64,000 nucleotides of DNA. It comes from Treponemataceae bacterium (GTDB lineage Bacteria; Spirochaetota; Spirochaetia; Treponematales; Rectinemataceae). The stretch lies in the NCBI GenBank assembly GCA_963678065.2, contig CAXXVZ010000004.1, forward strand, positions 448,001 to 512,000, read 5' to 3'. Position 1 is the first letter of the stretch. Each line of letters opens with the position of its first letter. A model generated the notes under the pieces. It worked only from the letters and a program-made list of their open reading frames with translations. It did not search any database and was not told the DNA's origin. The translations under genes and the position numbers were made by a program. Positions 54,729 through 63,923 of the stretch are shown in pieces.

Positions 54729-56132
54729 TCAGGCATTTTCATGTACCGGTATGCCATAGGGGCCGTCGGGAAGCCACGCGACGCGGGGTGCGGGAAGGCC
54801 GGCGCTCTGTCTGCGCTGGATCTCCAGTTCCACGGCCCGCTCGATGACCCGCGCCGCATCCTCGAGCGTCAGGTCCTTGCGCGGCTTTCCGTCCAGGAAG
54901 GCAATGCCGTCGAGGCCGGGAATGAGTTTCCAGTCTCCGTCGGAAAGCTGGGGGGCGAAGTAGACGAATCGCGCGAAAGGCAGCCTGCAAAAGAGCTTGC
55001 ACCACATCTGCACCTGCCACTGCTCCAGCACGAAAGGCCAGTCCGGACTCATGAGAAGCCGCTCGAAGGCCCCGACGCCCACCTGCTTCAGGAGGCCCAG
55101 CACCGTCCTGTAAGACGCCCCTCCGACAGGATCGGCGTCATGGTTGTCGGCGACCAGGATGCACAGGGCGCCTCCGGCCAGCATCGGCGCGATCGCGGTG
55201 CCGGTTTTCGCCGCCTGGTAGTGGTTGCGGCCCACGAACCCCGCGTGCGATACGACGATGTCGTATTCGCCGCTGAAGGGAATGCCCACGTAGGAGCGCA
55301 CCTTGGCTACCGCCGCCTCGTGGGCCGCCTCGAGCGCGCCTGCGAAGACGCCCGTGAGCCTGAACGAGTGATCCAGCGTCACGTTGACGATGAAATCGAC
55401 GCCGGCCATCCTGGCCGCGAACAGCGACTCTTCGTGGCAGGGATTTCCGGCCAGGTAAAGATCGCGCGTGCCGGGGTGGGCCATCATGGCCGCGCCATGG
55501 AAGACATAGGTGCTTTTTTTACCCACGATGCCGGGACAGACACTCTTGCGGCCGCCCGAGGCGCCGGCCATGAAGTGGCTCTCCACCAGTCCCGTCAGAA
55601 TCCGGAAATCCGCCTCCATGTACGCGCGGTTGACGAATACTTCGTTGCCCCGCTCCGTGCGCCCCAGGCGCACGAGATTTTCCTCATCTTCGCAGTCGTG
55701 GTTCAGCACCCGTATTCCGTTTTCGAAGACTTCCGGGTCGAGCATCGCGCGGAGTTCAGCCTCCGACATCGCGCGGTGCGTGCCTGTGCCCACCAGAACG
55801 GTGATGTCGCCGCGCGCGAATCCAGAATCCTCCAAGGCCCGTATGATGGGCATGAGGATGCCGGATTCGCCCCTGTACGGCACCGGGCGGGTGTTGTCGG
55901 AGACGACGACGACAGCGGTCGGCCGTTTTCCCGCGGCCGCCTGCCGCGCGGCGGTTTCCGCGGCCAGCGCGGCAAGAGGTCTGGATGCGATCGGCGCTTC
56001 GAGGGCGGCCGCAATCGCCGGGCCGGGATTGTCGAGCGCCCGGGGCGCCTTCATGGAGAGTACGTCTACTGGGCAGGAAAGCCGCGCGGTGACGGTGCGG
56101 CCGCCGGAAAAGGGAATCCGCAGTTCCGTCAC
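54729..56132 (-). CDS. larA: Nickel-pincer-dependent lactate racemase family 2-hydroxyacid racemase/epimerase (LarA homolog)
   Basis: SDNTRPVP, GTGTHR, ESHFMAGASGGRKSVCPG, FHG, NHYQAAK, PDGPY. Confidence 0.88.
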   Translation of the reverse strand: MTELRIPFSGGRTVTARLSCPVDVLSMKAPRALDNPGPAIAAALEAPIASRPLAALAAETAARQAAAGKRPTAVVVVSDNTRPVPYRGESGILMPIIRALEDSGFARGDITVLVGTGTHRAMSEAELRAMLDPEVFENGIRVLNHDCEDEENLVRLGRTERGNEVFVNRAYMEADFRILTGLVESHFMAGASGGRKSVCPGIVGKKSTYVFHGAAMMAHPGTRDLYLAGNPCHEESLFAARMAGVDFIVNVTLDHSFRLTGVFAGALEAAHEAAVAKVRSYVGIPFSGEYDIVVSHAGFVGRNHYQAAKTGTAIAPMLAGGALCILVADNHDADPVGGASYRTVLGLLKQVGVGAFERLLMSPDWPFVLEQWQVQMWCKLFCRLPFARFVYFAPQLSDGDWKLIPGLDGIAFLDGKPRKDLTLEDAARVIERAVELEIQRRQSAGLPAPRVAWLPDGPYGIPVHENA

Positions 56133-57412
56133 GACAGGTTCCGGATTCCGGAGAAATCGCCGGAGGCGGCCGCCCTGAGGATGGGCTCCATGTATTCGTC
56201 GACCAGCGCGGCGGTCAGGGGCACCGGCATGTTTTTCAGCTTCATTTCGAGCTGTGGATCCTTGGCGGCGGCGAGCGCCTTCGCGATGTGCGCCTGCGTG
56301 AATCCGGGGAAGTCGGTGAGCTTCGTGGGCGCGCCGATGGCCTTCGCGAAGGCCACCATGCCGCGGGCTACGGCCTCTCCCAGCGCCCTTCCGGCCAGGG
56401 CTTCCCAGCCCGCGGCCATGTAGCCGTACTGGCTGAGAATCTCGCCCATCACGCGGGCCTGCCGCTCGATCCTGGGCGCGAAGAACACCAGGTAATAAGG
56501 ATTCATGACGCCGCAGGCCGTACCGTGCCCCGCGACATCGACGAGGGAAAAACTCGTCAGGTGCGCGCCCGAGGTTCCGCCCACCATGATCGCGTAGCCG
56601 CCCAGGTCGGTGGCCATGCCGATCGCTTCCCTGGCTTCCATGTCCGCGGGATCGGCGATGACACGGATGGCGTACTTCACCGCCAGCTCGACCGAGGCCC
56701 GGGCAATCCGCTCGGCCTTGTCCAAGGCGCTGCCCGAGACAGAGCAGAACACTTCGAAGGAGTGGGCGATGGCATCCAGGGCTCCGTCGATGGTGACGGC
56801 GCGAGGCATGGAGACCGTCACATCGTAGTCAAAGAGCGCCCGTGAGGGAACGATCGCCTCGTCGACGATGAGCTTCTTCTGTCCTGCGACCGGATCGGTG
56901 ATATTGGAATATTTGGTCAGATGCGCCCCCGAGCTGGCGCTGGTCTGCACGGCGATCATAGGAATCAACGCGGCGCCGGTCTCCCCGAGCGCCGCGCCCA
57001 CGAGTCCCGTGCCGAAATAGCTGTCAATTTCGCACGATTTCCGGCCCAGAGTCGCGAGCACATTCGCCGCCTTCACCGCGTCGATAGTCGAGCCGCCGCC
57101 GACCGCGACAATACAGTCCGGCTTGTGGTGCAGGAGGTATCCTTGCAGCCGGTACACATCCGCGCGCGGGGCGTTGGGACCCGCGTCGGGAGCGATCCTG
57201 CCGCCAGCGAGCGACACTCCGGCGGCCGAGAGCGAGGCGACTACCGCATCGGCCAGAGGTTTCATGTAGGTGGTATTGCAGACCACAAGCGCAGTCTTTC
57301 CGTACGCGGCGGCGATCGGCCCGATGCGCCCGAGGACGCCGCGGCCGAAGATATAGCGGTCGCCCTTCCACTCGGTGAGCAGGGTGCGGGATTCGTCAAA
57401 CAGTCTGTCCAT
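56129..57412 (-). CDS. Iron-containing alcohol dehydrogenase family protein
   Basis: GPNAP, GGGSTIDAVK, QTSASSGAH, DAIAHSFE, AHLTS, HGTAC. Confidence 0.9.
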   Translation of the reverse strand: MDRLFDESRTLLTEWKGDRYIFGRGVLGRIGPIAAAYGKTALVVCNTTYMKPLADAVVASLSAAGVSLAGGRIAPDAGPNAPRADVYRLQGYLLHHKPDCIVAVGGGSTIDAVKAANVLATLGRKSCEIDSYFGTGLVGAALGETGAALIPMIAVQTSASSGAHLTKYSNITDPVAGQKKLIVDEAIVPSRALFDYDVTVSMPRAVTIDGALDAIAHSFEVFCSVSGSALDKAERIARASVELAVKYAIRVIADPADMEAREAIGMATDLGGYAIMVGGTSGAHLTSFSLVDVAGHGTACGVMNPYYLVFFAPRIERQARVMGEILSQYGYMAAGWEALAGRALGEAVARGMVAFAKAIGAPTKLTDFPGFTQAHIAKALAAAKDPQLEMKLKNMPVPLTAALVDEYMEPILRAAASGDFSGIRNLS

Positions 57413-57433
57413 CGTCGTTTCCTCGTTTATTTT

Positions 57434-58387
57434 TTATTGTCGCGCAAGCGCACGGCCTGCGGCGGATATAGCTTTCGCACTGATCCCGTACTTGTCAAGC
57501 AGGGCCTTGTAGGGCCCCGACTCGGTGAAGGTGTCGTGCAAACCGATGGCCGCCGCCTTCCACGCGCGGCTTGTTCCCGCGAAGCCGGATGCGGAGAGCC
57601 CTGTGAGGGCTTCGGCGCAGGCCGCGGCGAGGCCACCGGTGATGCTGCCTTCCTCCGCGGTGACGAGCCGTCCTGTCCTGGCCACCGAAGCGCCCAGAGT
57701 CGCCGCATCCAGCGGCTTCACGCTCGCCATGTCGAGCACCTCGGCGCCGATTCCCTCGGATGCGAGAATCTCCGCCGCCTCGAGCGCCTGGGCCACGCAG
57801 ATGCCGCAGGCGGCTATCGTCAGGTCATCGCCTGAACGGAAAATCCTGGCCTTGCCGAACTCGACCGGCTCCGGAGAAGGCACCGCGGGCAGCTCATTGC
57901 GGTTCAGACGGATGTACACCGGCCCGTCTGCCACGAGGGCGAGTTCCAGAGCCCGTTCGGCCGCGGCGTTGTCCGCAGGCACCAGCACGCGCATGGACGG
58001 CAGCGAGCGCATGATCGCCAGGTCGGCGATCGAGTGGTGGCTCGCGCCGTCGAAGGAATCGGAGAGGCCACCGTACGCGCCGGCGAGCACAACCGGAATC
58101 TCATTGTAACAAAGCACGTTGCGGATCTGGTCCGTCGCCTTCAGCGCGAGAAAGATCGCGAAGCTGTTCGCCACGGGCCTGTAGCCGCCCAGGGCCAATC
58201 CCGCCGCGACGTCGACCATGTTGGCCTCCGCCACGCCCACATTGAAAAACCGTTCGGGGAAGGCCTGCGCGAAATACGAAGATTTCGTGCTCGAGGAGAC
58301 ATCCGCGTCGAGGACGACGATCTTCGGATCGGCGTAGCCCATCGCCGCAAGTTTCTTCCCGAAAGCGTCGCGCATCGTCATGCCCAT
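57434..58387 (-). CDS. Transketolase, C-terminal subunit
   Basis: MRDAFG, DADVSSST, GVAEANM, DGASH, GPVYIRL, VKPLD. Confidence 0.92.
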   Translation of the reverse strand: MGMTMRDAFGKKLAAMGYADPKIVVLDADVSSSTKSSYFAQAFPERFFNVGVAEANMVDVAAGLALGGYRPVANSFAIFLALKATDQIRNVLCYNEIPVVLAGAYGGLSDSFDGASHHSIADLAIMRSLPSMRVLVPADNAAAERALELALVADGPVYIRLNRNELPAVPSPEPVEFGKARIFRSGDDLTIAACGICVAQALEAAEILASEGIGAEVLDMASVKPLDAATLGASVARTGRLVTAEEGSITGGLAAACAEALTGLSASGFAGTSRAWKAAAIGLHDTFTESGPYKALLDKYGISAKAISAAGRALARQ

Positions 58388-58388
58388 A

Positions 58389-59306
58389 TCAGGCCCCCTT
58401 CCCGGCGGCGGCGAGCGCGGATTCATACGCGGCCCAGAGCTCGGGGCGCGCGCGCCGCCACGCCTCATCATCGATCGGAGCGCCGTGCCAGACATTCTTC
58501 CCTTCCATGAACGATACACCCTTTCCCTTGACCGTATCGTAGACTACGGCGCGCGGCCATGCGCCGGGGCCGTCCATCCACTCGAAGGAAGCGGCGATAT
58601 CGTCGACATCGTGCCCGTCATAACGGCGCGGCGCCACGTTCCAGCCGAAGGCGGAGAGCTTTGCCAGCAGAAAGCCGAGCGGCATGATCTGTTCCGCCGT
58701 GCCGTCGAGCTGCACGCCGTTGTTGTCCACCATGAGCACGAGGCGATCCGGCCTGAACTTGGCCGCCGCCATCAGCGCTTCCCACGACTGGCCCTCGTCG
58801 AGGCAGCCCTCCCCCACCATGACATAGGTCCAGGCGCCGGAGCCGGAAAGCCGAAAGGCCAGGGACATACCCAGCCCCACCGAAATCCCGTGCCCGAGGG
58901 CGCCCGTGGAAAGATCCACGCCCGGGGTCTTGTTCATGGCCGGGTGCCCCTGGAGCCGCGAATCGATATCGCGGAAGGTATCGAGCCATTCGAGGTCGAA
59001 GAAACCCCGGCTCGCCAGCACCGAATACAGCATGGGCGAGGCGTGGCCTTTGCTCAGGATGAAGCGGTCCCTGCCCGGCGCGCAGGGTTCGGCCGGATCG
59101 ATGTGCATCCTGTAGAAATAGAGCATCGATACAAGGTCAGCCGCAGACGAGGATCCGCCCCAGTGCCCCGTGCCCTTCGCGTGGAGCAGATCGATGATCC
59201 TGACTCTGATCCGCGCGGAAAGTGCCGCTATCAGGCGCCGTTTTCTCGCAGGATCCTTCTCGCCAAGCGCTTCGCTGGCGATCGATTTCATCTCATCCAT
59301 ACTCAT
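58389..59306 (-). CDS. Transketolase, N-terminal (ThDP-binding) subunit
   Basis: GHWGGS, RDRFILSKGH, LQGHP, STGALGHG, GEGCLDEG...NN, KGKG...WHG; ATGA overlap at 59303-59306. Confidence 0.92.
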   Translation of the reverse strand: MSMDEMKSIASEALGEKDPARKRRLIAALSARIRVRIIDLLHAKGTGHWGGSSSAADLVSMLYFYRMHIDPAEPCAPGRDRFILSKGHASPMLYSVLASRGFFDLEWLDTFRDIDSRLQGHPAMNKTPGVDLSTGALGHGISVGLGMSLAFRLSGSGAWTYVMVGEGCLDEGQSWEALMAAAKFRPDRLVLMVDNNGVQLDGTAEQIMPLGFLLAKLSAFGWNVAPRRYDGHDVDDIAASFEWMDGPGAWPRAVVYDTVKGKGVSFMEGKNVWHGAPIDDEAWRRARPELWAAYESALAAAGKGA

Positions 59307-60181
59307 CCCCGATGGACCGCGCCGTCCCTCCCCATCGGGGGGAACGGTGATCCGAAGCATTCGTCCAACAGCATACGCACATGCCGAGCGCCGGAACGTG
59401 CGGCGGTGTCGGCGTCTGGACGCGGGAAAATCTCGAGGGTGATCCATCCGGAAAAGGCGGTATCCCTGAGCGCGGCGAGCGGCGAGCGGAAATCCATGTG
59501 CCCGCTCCCGGGGGCGTTGCGGTTCGAATCCGCGAAATGCAGGTATTTGATGCGCGACGCGTGGCGCCTCAAAGAATCGGTCGGATCCGCATCCTCGATA
59601 TTCATGTGGAACAGATCGGGCATGAGCCCCAAGGCGGAGAGCGCATGACGGTCGAGGAATTCCGCGGCCTCGTCGGTGGAGTTCAGGAAATCAGTCTCAT
59701 AGCGGTTGACCGGTTCGAGAAGAACCATGACGCCGAGTTCGCTTCCCCGCGCCGACAGCCTGCCGAGGATTTCCGCCACTCTCGCTTCCACTTCGGGGCG
59801 GGAGCCATTGGCCTCGACCGTTCCCCTGATCCTTCCCACGTTGATGAAGGCGCCGAATTCCGCGGCCACTTCGATCAAGCCCGCGAATCGCCGCTCCGCC
59901 TTGGCTCTCACTTCGGGGTCGGTCGATGCGAAGGAATCTCCCGCTTCGGCGAAAACCTGGCCCGTGGAGATCATCGGAACTTCGAGGCCTGTTTCAGAAA
60001 GAAGGCGCTTCAGATCGGCCATGTCGACTTGGGAACGATCGAGAAGGGCAAGCTCCACTCCGTCGTAGCCGAAATCGGCCGCCTTGCGCAGCGAGGAGGA
60101 GAAAGGCTCGCGGAAAACCACGAAGGCGCTGGGAAGCGCACGCTCCGGAGCCACGGCCAGCGCAATTCTCGGTGTTTTCAT
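59303..60181 (-). CDS. Xylose-isomerase-like TIM-barrel sugar epimerase (IolO/5-keto-L-gluconate epimerase-like)
   Basis: GYDGVEL, STGQ, EPVNRYE, DLFHMNIE, HFADSNR..PGSGH, LEIFP. Confidence 0.85.
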   Translation of the reverse strand: MKTPRIALAVAPERALPSAFVVFREPFSSSLRKAADFGYDGVELALLDRSQVDMADLKRLLSETGLEVPMISTGQVFAEAGDSFASTDPEVRAKAERRFAGLIEVAAEFGAFINVGRIRGTVEANGSRPEVEARVAEILGRLSARGSELGVMVLLEPVNRYETDFLNSTDEAAEFLDRHALSALGLMPDLFHMNIEDADPTDSLRRHASRIKYLHFADSNRNAPGSGHMDFRSPLAALRDTAFSGWITLEIFPRPDADTAARSGARHVRMLLDECFGSPFPPMGRDGAVHRG

Positions 60182-60345
60182 GCCTCTTCCTCCTTTGCGG
60201 CTATGGCGGCATGTGGCGCCAGCATGAGACCGGCCTCAAGGGCGAGCGAACTCGCCGGGCCCACACTCGCGATATCGGATGCCGTGCTGTGCGCACAGGT
60301 TGCGGTGGGCACCGAGAGGCCGAGCGGAACTACGATATATCGCAT
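60178..60345 (-). CDS. Candidate 55-aa leader ORF
   Basis: GAGGTG RBS before ATG 60345; first ORF after the promoter; stop overlaps epimerase start (ATGA). Confidence 0.35.
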   Translation of the reverse strand: MRYIVVPLGLSVPTATCAHSTASDIASVGPASSLALEAGLMLAPHAAIAAKEEEA

Positions 60346-60354
60346 GACCACCTC

Positions 60355-60404
60355 TATTGTATACAGTATACCATAACTATCCCATGAGATTCTCACTCTG
60401 TCAA
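60355..60404 (-). promoter_or_regulatory. Promoter of the epimerase-transketolase operon with GntR/FadR operator
   Basis: Minus-strand TTGACA (60399-60404), 17 bp, GATAGT (60376-60381); TATTGTATACAGTA at 60355-60368. Confidence 0.7.
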
Positions 60405-60537
60405 CTTTTTCTGCAGCGCTCTCAGGCCGGAAGCGCAAAATGATAAAAGCTTCTGCTTCTATCAAATGGACAAATTGCCGAAGAAAACGGTGCGATTGCG
60501 GAGATTTTTTCATGAAAACGGTGGCGTGCTCTGCCGT

Positions 60538-60553
60538 TTATTGTATACAATAA
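60538..60553 (+). promoter_or_regulatory. GntR/FadR-type operator upstream of gntR
   Basis: Perfect palindrome TTATTGTATACAATAA. Confidence 0.75.
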
Positions 60554-60563
60554 TTGCACGACC

Positions 60564-61202
60564 ATGAAAAACCTACACATGACCATTGAACAGTCAAGTC
60601 TCTCCGACCAGGTATACGACGGGTTGAAAGGCCTCATCCTCTCAGGCTCCCTGGGGGGAGGGGAACATGTCCCCGAAGAGCAGCTCGCGGCACAATTCGG
60701 CGTCTCGCGCACACCCATACGCGAAGCGCTCAAGCGGCTTGCGGAATATGGCCTCATCGTCATCAAACCGCGCAGCAAGGTCACCGTCGCGGCCATCTCC
60801 AAGGACGAGGCCGTCCATATCGGCAGGGTTCGCCAGGCACTTGAGACACTGGCCTTTGAACTGCTGGCAGAGAAAGGGGATACTGAGACCTTCGCCGAAC
60901 TCGAGCGCGTTGCCGGAGCGTGCCAGGACGCGATGACCCGAGGCGATCGCGCGAAGGCCTTCGAGCTGGATACGGCCTTTCACCAGAAAATGATGGACCT
61001 CAGCGGCAATCCCACCCTCGCGGACATCTACAAACGCCTCGACAGCCGCATTCAGCTGCTGCGTCTACGCCAACACCTGACGCCCCAGGAGCTCCTTCCG
61101 TATATGGTGCATCATATACATCTCATCCGCTTCATGCGCACCGGAGATATCGAGAAGGCCAAGGACATAATCAGCCAGCACATATTCCACGATATCGACT
61201 GA
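60564..61202 (+). CDS. GntR-family (FadR/FCD) regulator
   Basis: EEQLAAQFGVSRTPIREAL; FCD motifs R..LE, DTAFH, SGN, H..L, QHI. Confidence 0.95.
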   Translation: MKNLHMTIEQSSLSDQVYDGLKGLILSGSLGGGEHVPEEQLAAQFGVSRTPIREALKRLAEYGLIVIKPRSKVTVAAISKDEAVHIGRVRQALETLAFELLAEKGDTETFAELERVAGACQDAMTRGDRAKAFELDTAFHQKMMDLSGNPTLADIYKRLDSRIQLLRLRQHLTPQELLPYMVHHIHLIRFMRTGDIEKAKDIISQHIFHDID

Positions 61203-61212
61203 CCGGAGACTT

Positions 61213-62214
61213 TCAGTCGGGTCTGTACCCGGACATGTCCTGCACCCACTGTTCCACGAGCTGAAGGCCTTCGACAGAGTGCGCGAAATACGCATTCGGC
61301 TTTCGGCCCCAGAGCCCAATGTAGTCCACGATTGTCTCGCCCCTCGTGTATCTTCCGGAGGTTTCCACATCCATCGCCGCATGGATCGTACCGAACCACG
61401 AGGGATCGATGAGATAGGCTGTAGCGGTGAGATCATTGAGGCCGATCCCGCCCTTGCGTGTTGTTACCTGATCCCCAGCCTTGATGCTGCCTACTATGTT
61501 CCCTTTGGCGTCTTTTATGAGTTTGACGGCCTTCGTTCTGCGGAAATCCAGAATCTTGATAAGGAAATCGGTAACCTCGGTCTTTGACGCCCCGATCCTG
61601 TCCAGGTCCGCGACTGTCTGGGTAACGAGGTTGCACACATCCAAGCCAATCTGGACGACGGGAATGCCGGAATTGAATACGACATGCGCAGCCTCCGGAT
61701 CTACCGCCGCGTTGAAGCTTGCGCGAGGCGACTCGTTTCCGCTGACTTTGACCGCGCCGCCCATGAAAATGACTTGTGCGACATGGGACGCGAATTCCTT
61801 GTCCAGAAGCACGGCGAGGGCTACATTCGTAAGCGGCCCGAGGGCGAGAATGGTGACAGGCTCTTCGGATTCCTTCGCGATGCGGGCCATCTCCGCGGGA
61901 GCGTAGCCTTTCGCCTTTTTTGTCGTGGGCAAGGGTATGTCCGTATCGCCCAATCCATCCGCGCCGTGTATCCACTCGGCCTCTATGGGCTCCTTCACCA
62001 GGGGTCGGTACGCGCCGGCATAAACAGGGATGTCGGTGCGTCTGGCGACTTCGAGGACGCGCAGGGCGTTGATGACGCATTTGTCCACACCGACGTTGCC
62101 GTTGCTGATGGTCAGGGCTTTTATATCGAATTTGCCGGAAGCGATCGCCCAGAGGATCGACGCGGCGTCGTCGTCGCCGGGGTCCGTATCGATAATTACC
62201 GCTTTCTTGTGCAT
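61213..62214 (-). CDS. Nucleoside hydrolase (IU-NH family)
   Basis: DTDPGDDDA, HGADGLG, LGPLTN, MGG...GN, FN...DPEAA. Confidence 0.92.
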   Translation of the reverse strand: MHKKAVIIDTDPGDDDAASILWAIASGKFDIKALTISNGNVGVDKCVINALRVLEVARRTDIPVYAGAYRPLVKEPIEAEWIHGADGLGDTDIPLPTTKKAKGYAPAEMARIAKESEEPVTILALGPLTNVALAVLLDKEFASHVAQVIFMGGAVKVSGNESPRASFNAAVDPEAAHVVFNSGIPVVQIGLDVCNLVTQTVADLDRIGASKTEVTDFLIKILDFRRTKAVKLIKDAKGNIVGSIKAGDQVTTRKGGIGLNDLTATAYLIDPSWFGTIHAAMDVETSGRYTRGETIVDYIGLWGRKPNAYFAHSVEGLQLVEQWVQDMSGYRPD

Positions 62215-62222
62215 GTCCACTC

Positions 62223-62711
62223 CTACTGAATTTCGCTCAGGGGCTTAAGCCACCGTTTCCCGGACAGATTGGTCTGTTCTATTTCGTTCAGCAGACCGAG
62301 GGAGATATCGTGTCTGCCGCCTTCGTAGGGCGTATCCAGCCAATTGGAGAGTATGTCCTGTGCTTCGAACAAACCTATGCAGCGTCCTCCGAAACACAGG
62401 ATATTCGACGCGTTGTGGGCCGATGTCATTTTTCCTTGATAGGACGTGGAGCAGAGCGCGGCCCGTACACCCGGATACTTGTTGGCGACTATGGACATCC
62501 CTATGCCGGTTGAACAGATGAGAATTCCGCGCTCGAAGGATGCTTCGGAAACGGCGGAAGCGACCATGGCCGCGTAATAGGGATAACGGACGATACTTTC
62601 GGAGTGGCAGCCGACATCCTCGACCTCATAGCCGCGCTTAAGCAGGAATTCTTTGAGGCCGGTCTTCAGACCAAAACCGCCGTGGTCGCAGCCGATTATG
62701 ATTTTCTTCAC
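62223..62711 (-). CDS. rpiB: Ribose-5-phosphate isomerase B family
   Basis: GCDHGG, ICSTGIG, ANK..GVRAA, HNASN, EGGRH. Confidence 0.9.
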   Translation of the reverse strand: MKKIIIGCDHGGFGLKTGLKEFLLKRGYEVEDVGCHSESIVRYPYYAAMVASAVSEASFERGILICSTGIGMSIVANKYPGVRAALCSTSYQGKMTSAHNASNILCFGGRCIGLFEAQDILSNWLDTPYEGGRHDISLGLLNEIEQTNLSGKRWLKPLSEIQ

Positions 62712-62783
62712 GATCTCTCCTGAACCGCAACCTTCCTGACCGGCAGCACGGAGCTATGCCGGCCAAGAAGAGTGAGCTACCGC

Positions 62784-63836
62784 TTACCTCTTGAGCTGAT
62801 TCGCCTTGGTCCATTCGTCCAGATCCCTGGGATCCTTCGGCAGGACGATCTTGCCGGCGACAACGTCCTTGCGGACGGCGCTGACTATGTCCAGGATATC
62901 CTGCGGATACTTGATTTTGATCCCTTCGAGACTGACATCGCAGGCGCCGTCCTTGATTCCTTTCCGGACCGCGCCACCCTTCCAGGTGCCTTTGACCAAG
63001 GCTTCGATCTCCTGATACACGAAAACATCCGTCTTTTTCACCGAGGTGCAGAGGCTGAAGTTGGGGTCGGTCGTGCTCGGGCTGGTCGAGATGAAGTAGG
63101 CTTTCTGCTCTTTCGCGGCTTCGAGAAGGCCCAGGGCGCCGGCTCCGCAGTTGCCGGTTACGATATCGGCGCCGCGTTTGAAACCGGTAAGGGCGATTTC
63201 CTTGGCGGCGACCGGGTTCGAATAGGAACCGACAATCGTGTAGATGATCTGGACTGTCGGGTTGACATAGCGGGCACCGGCCATGAAGCCGGCGGCGCCG
63301 GCGCGGGAGGTCGGCGAATCCATTCCGCCGGCGTAGACGAGCACATTGGCGTCGTTGGACATCGGGAATATGGCCTTGTGTTTTCCCTGGGTCACGATGC
63401 CGGAGATGACGCCCGAGAGGAAGGCCTGTTCAGGGTCGATGGCCGCAACAGATGAAACGTTCTTTATGCCGCTCAGGGTCGTATCGACTATGGAGAAATT
63501 CTGGTCCGGGTAATCCTTCGCGAGATCTTCGACCGCATCGTTTGAATTGGAGCCCACATACATGACCAGGTCATATTTGTTGGCCTCGGTGTAGCTGCGC
63601 AGAGCCGATGCGACAGCGGCAAGATCCGAGGTATTGACCTGCGCATTGTCTACCTTGACGTTCAGCTCCTTGATCGCCTTCTTTACGCCGGAGAAGGCCT
63701 CGTCGTTGAAGCCATTGTCTCCGAGAAAACCTGTCACGACCGCGACATTGAAAGTCTTTGCGGCGGGCGCGGCAAAAACCGGGGCAAAGGAAATGACCGC
63801 GAGCGCACACGCGATGGAAACGACCATCCTTTTCAT
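62784..63836 (-). CDS. BMP-family (nucleoside) ABC substrate-binding protein
   Basis: LGDNGFND, YPDQNFSIVD, GFMAGARYVNP, GADIV; signal peptide without an obvious lipobox. Confidence 0.9.
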   Translation of the reverse strand: MKRMVVSIACALAVISFAPVFAAPAAKTFNVAVVTGFLGDNGFNDEAFSGVKKAIKELNVKVDNAQVNTSDLAAVASALRSYTEANKYDLVMYVGSNSNDAVEDLAKDYPDQNFSIVDTTLSGIKNVSSVAAIDPEQAFLSGVISGIVTQGKHKAIFPMSNDANVLVYAGGMDSPTSRAGAAGFMAGARYVNPTVQIIYTIVGSYSNPVAAKEIALTGFKRGADIVTGNCGAGALGLLEAAKEQKAYFISTSPSTTDPNFSLCTSVKKTDVFVYQEIEALVKGTWKGGAVRKGIKDGACDVSLEGIKIKYPQDILDIVSAVRKDVVAGKIVLPKDPRDLDEWTKANQLKR

Positions 63837-63923
63837 CTTGTCCTCCTGATTGTGTAGCGGGCTATAAGGTCCGCAAGGGTACCCGTAATCTCTGACGGAA
63901 CCGGCTATCTGCCGGCCCTGACT

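Noticed and set aside
60346..60513. 111-aa version of the leader ORF (60178..60513)
   Set aside because: The extension runs through the promoter and operator; only the ATG at 60345 has an RBS
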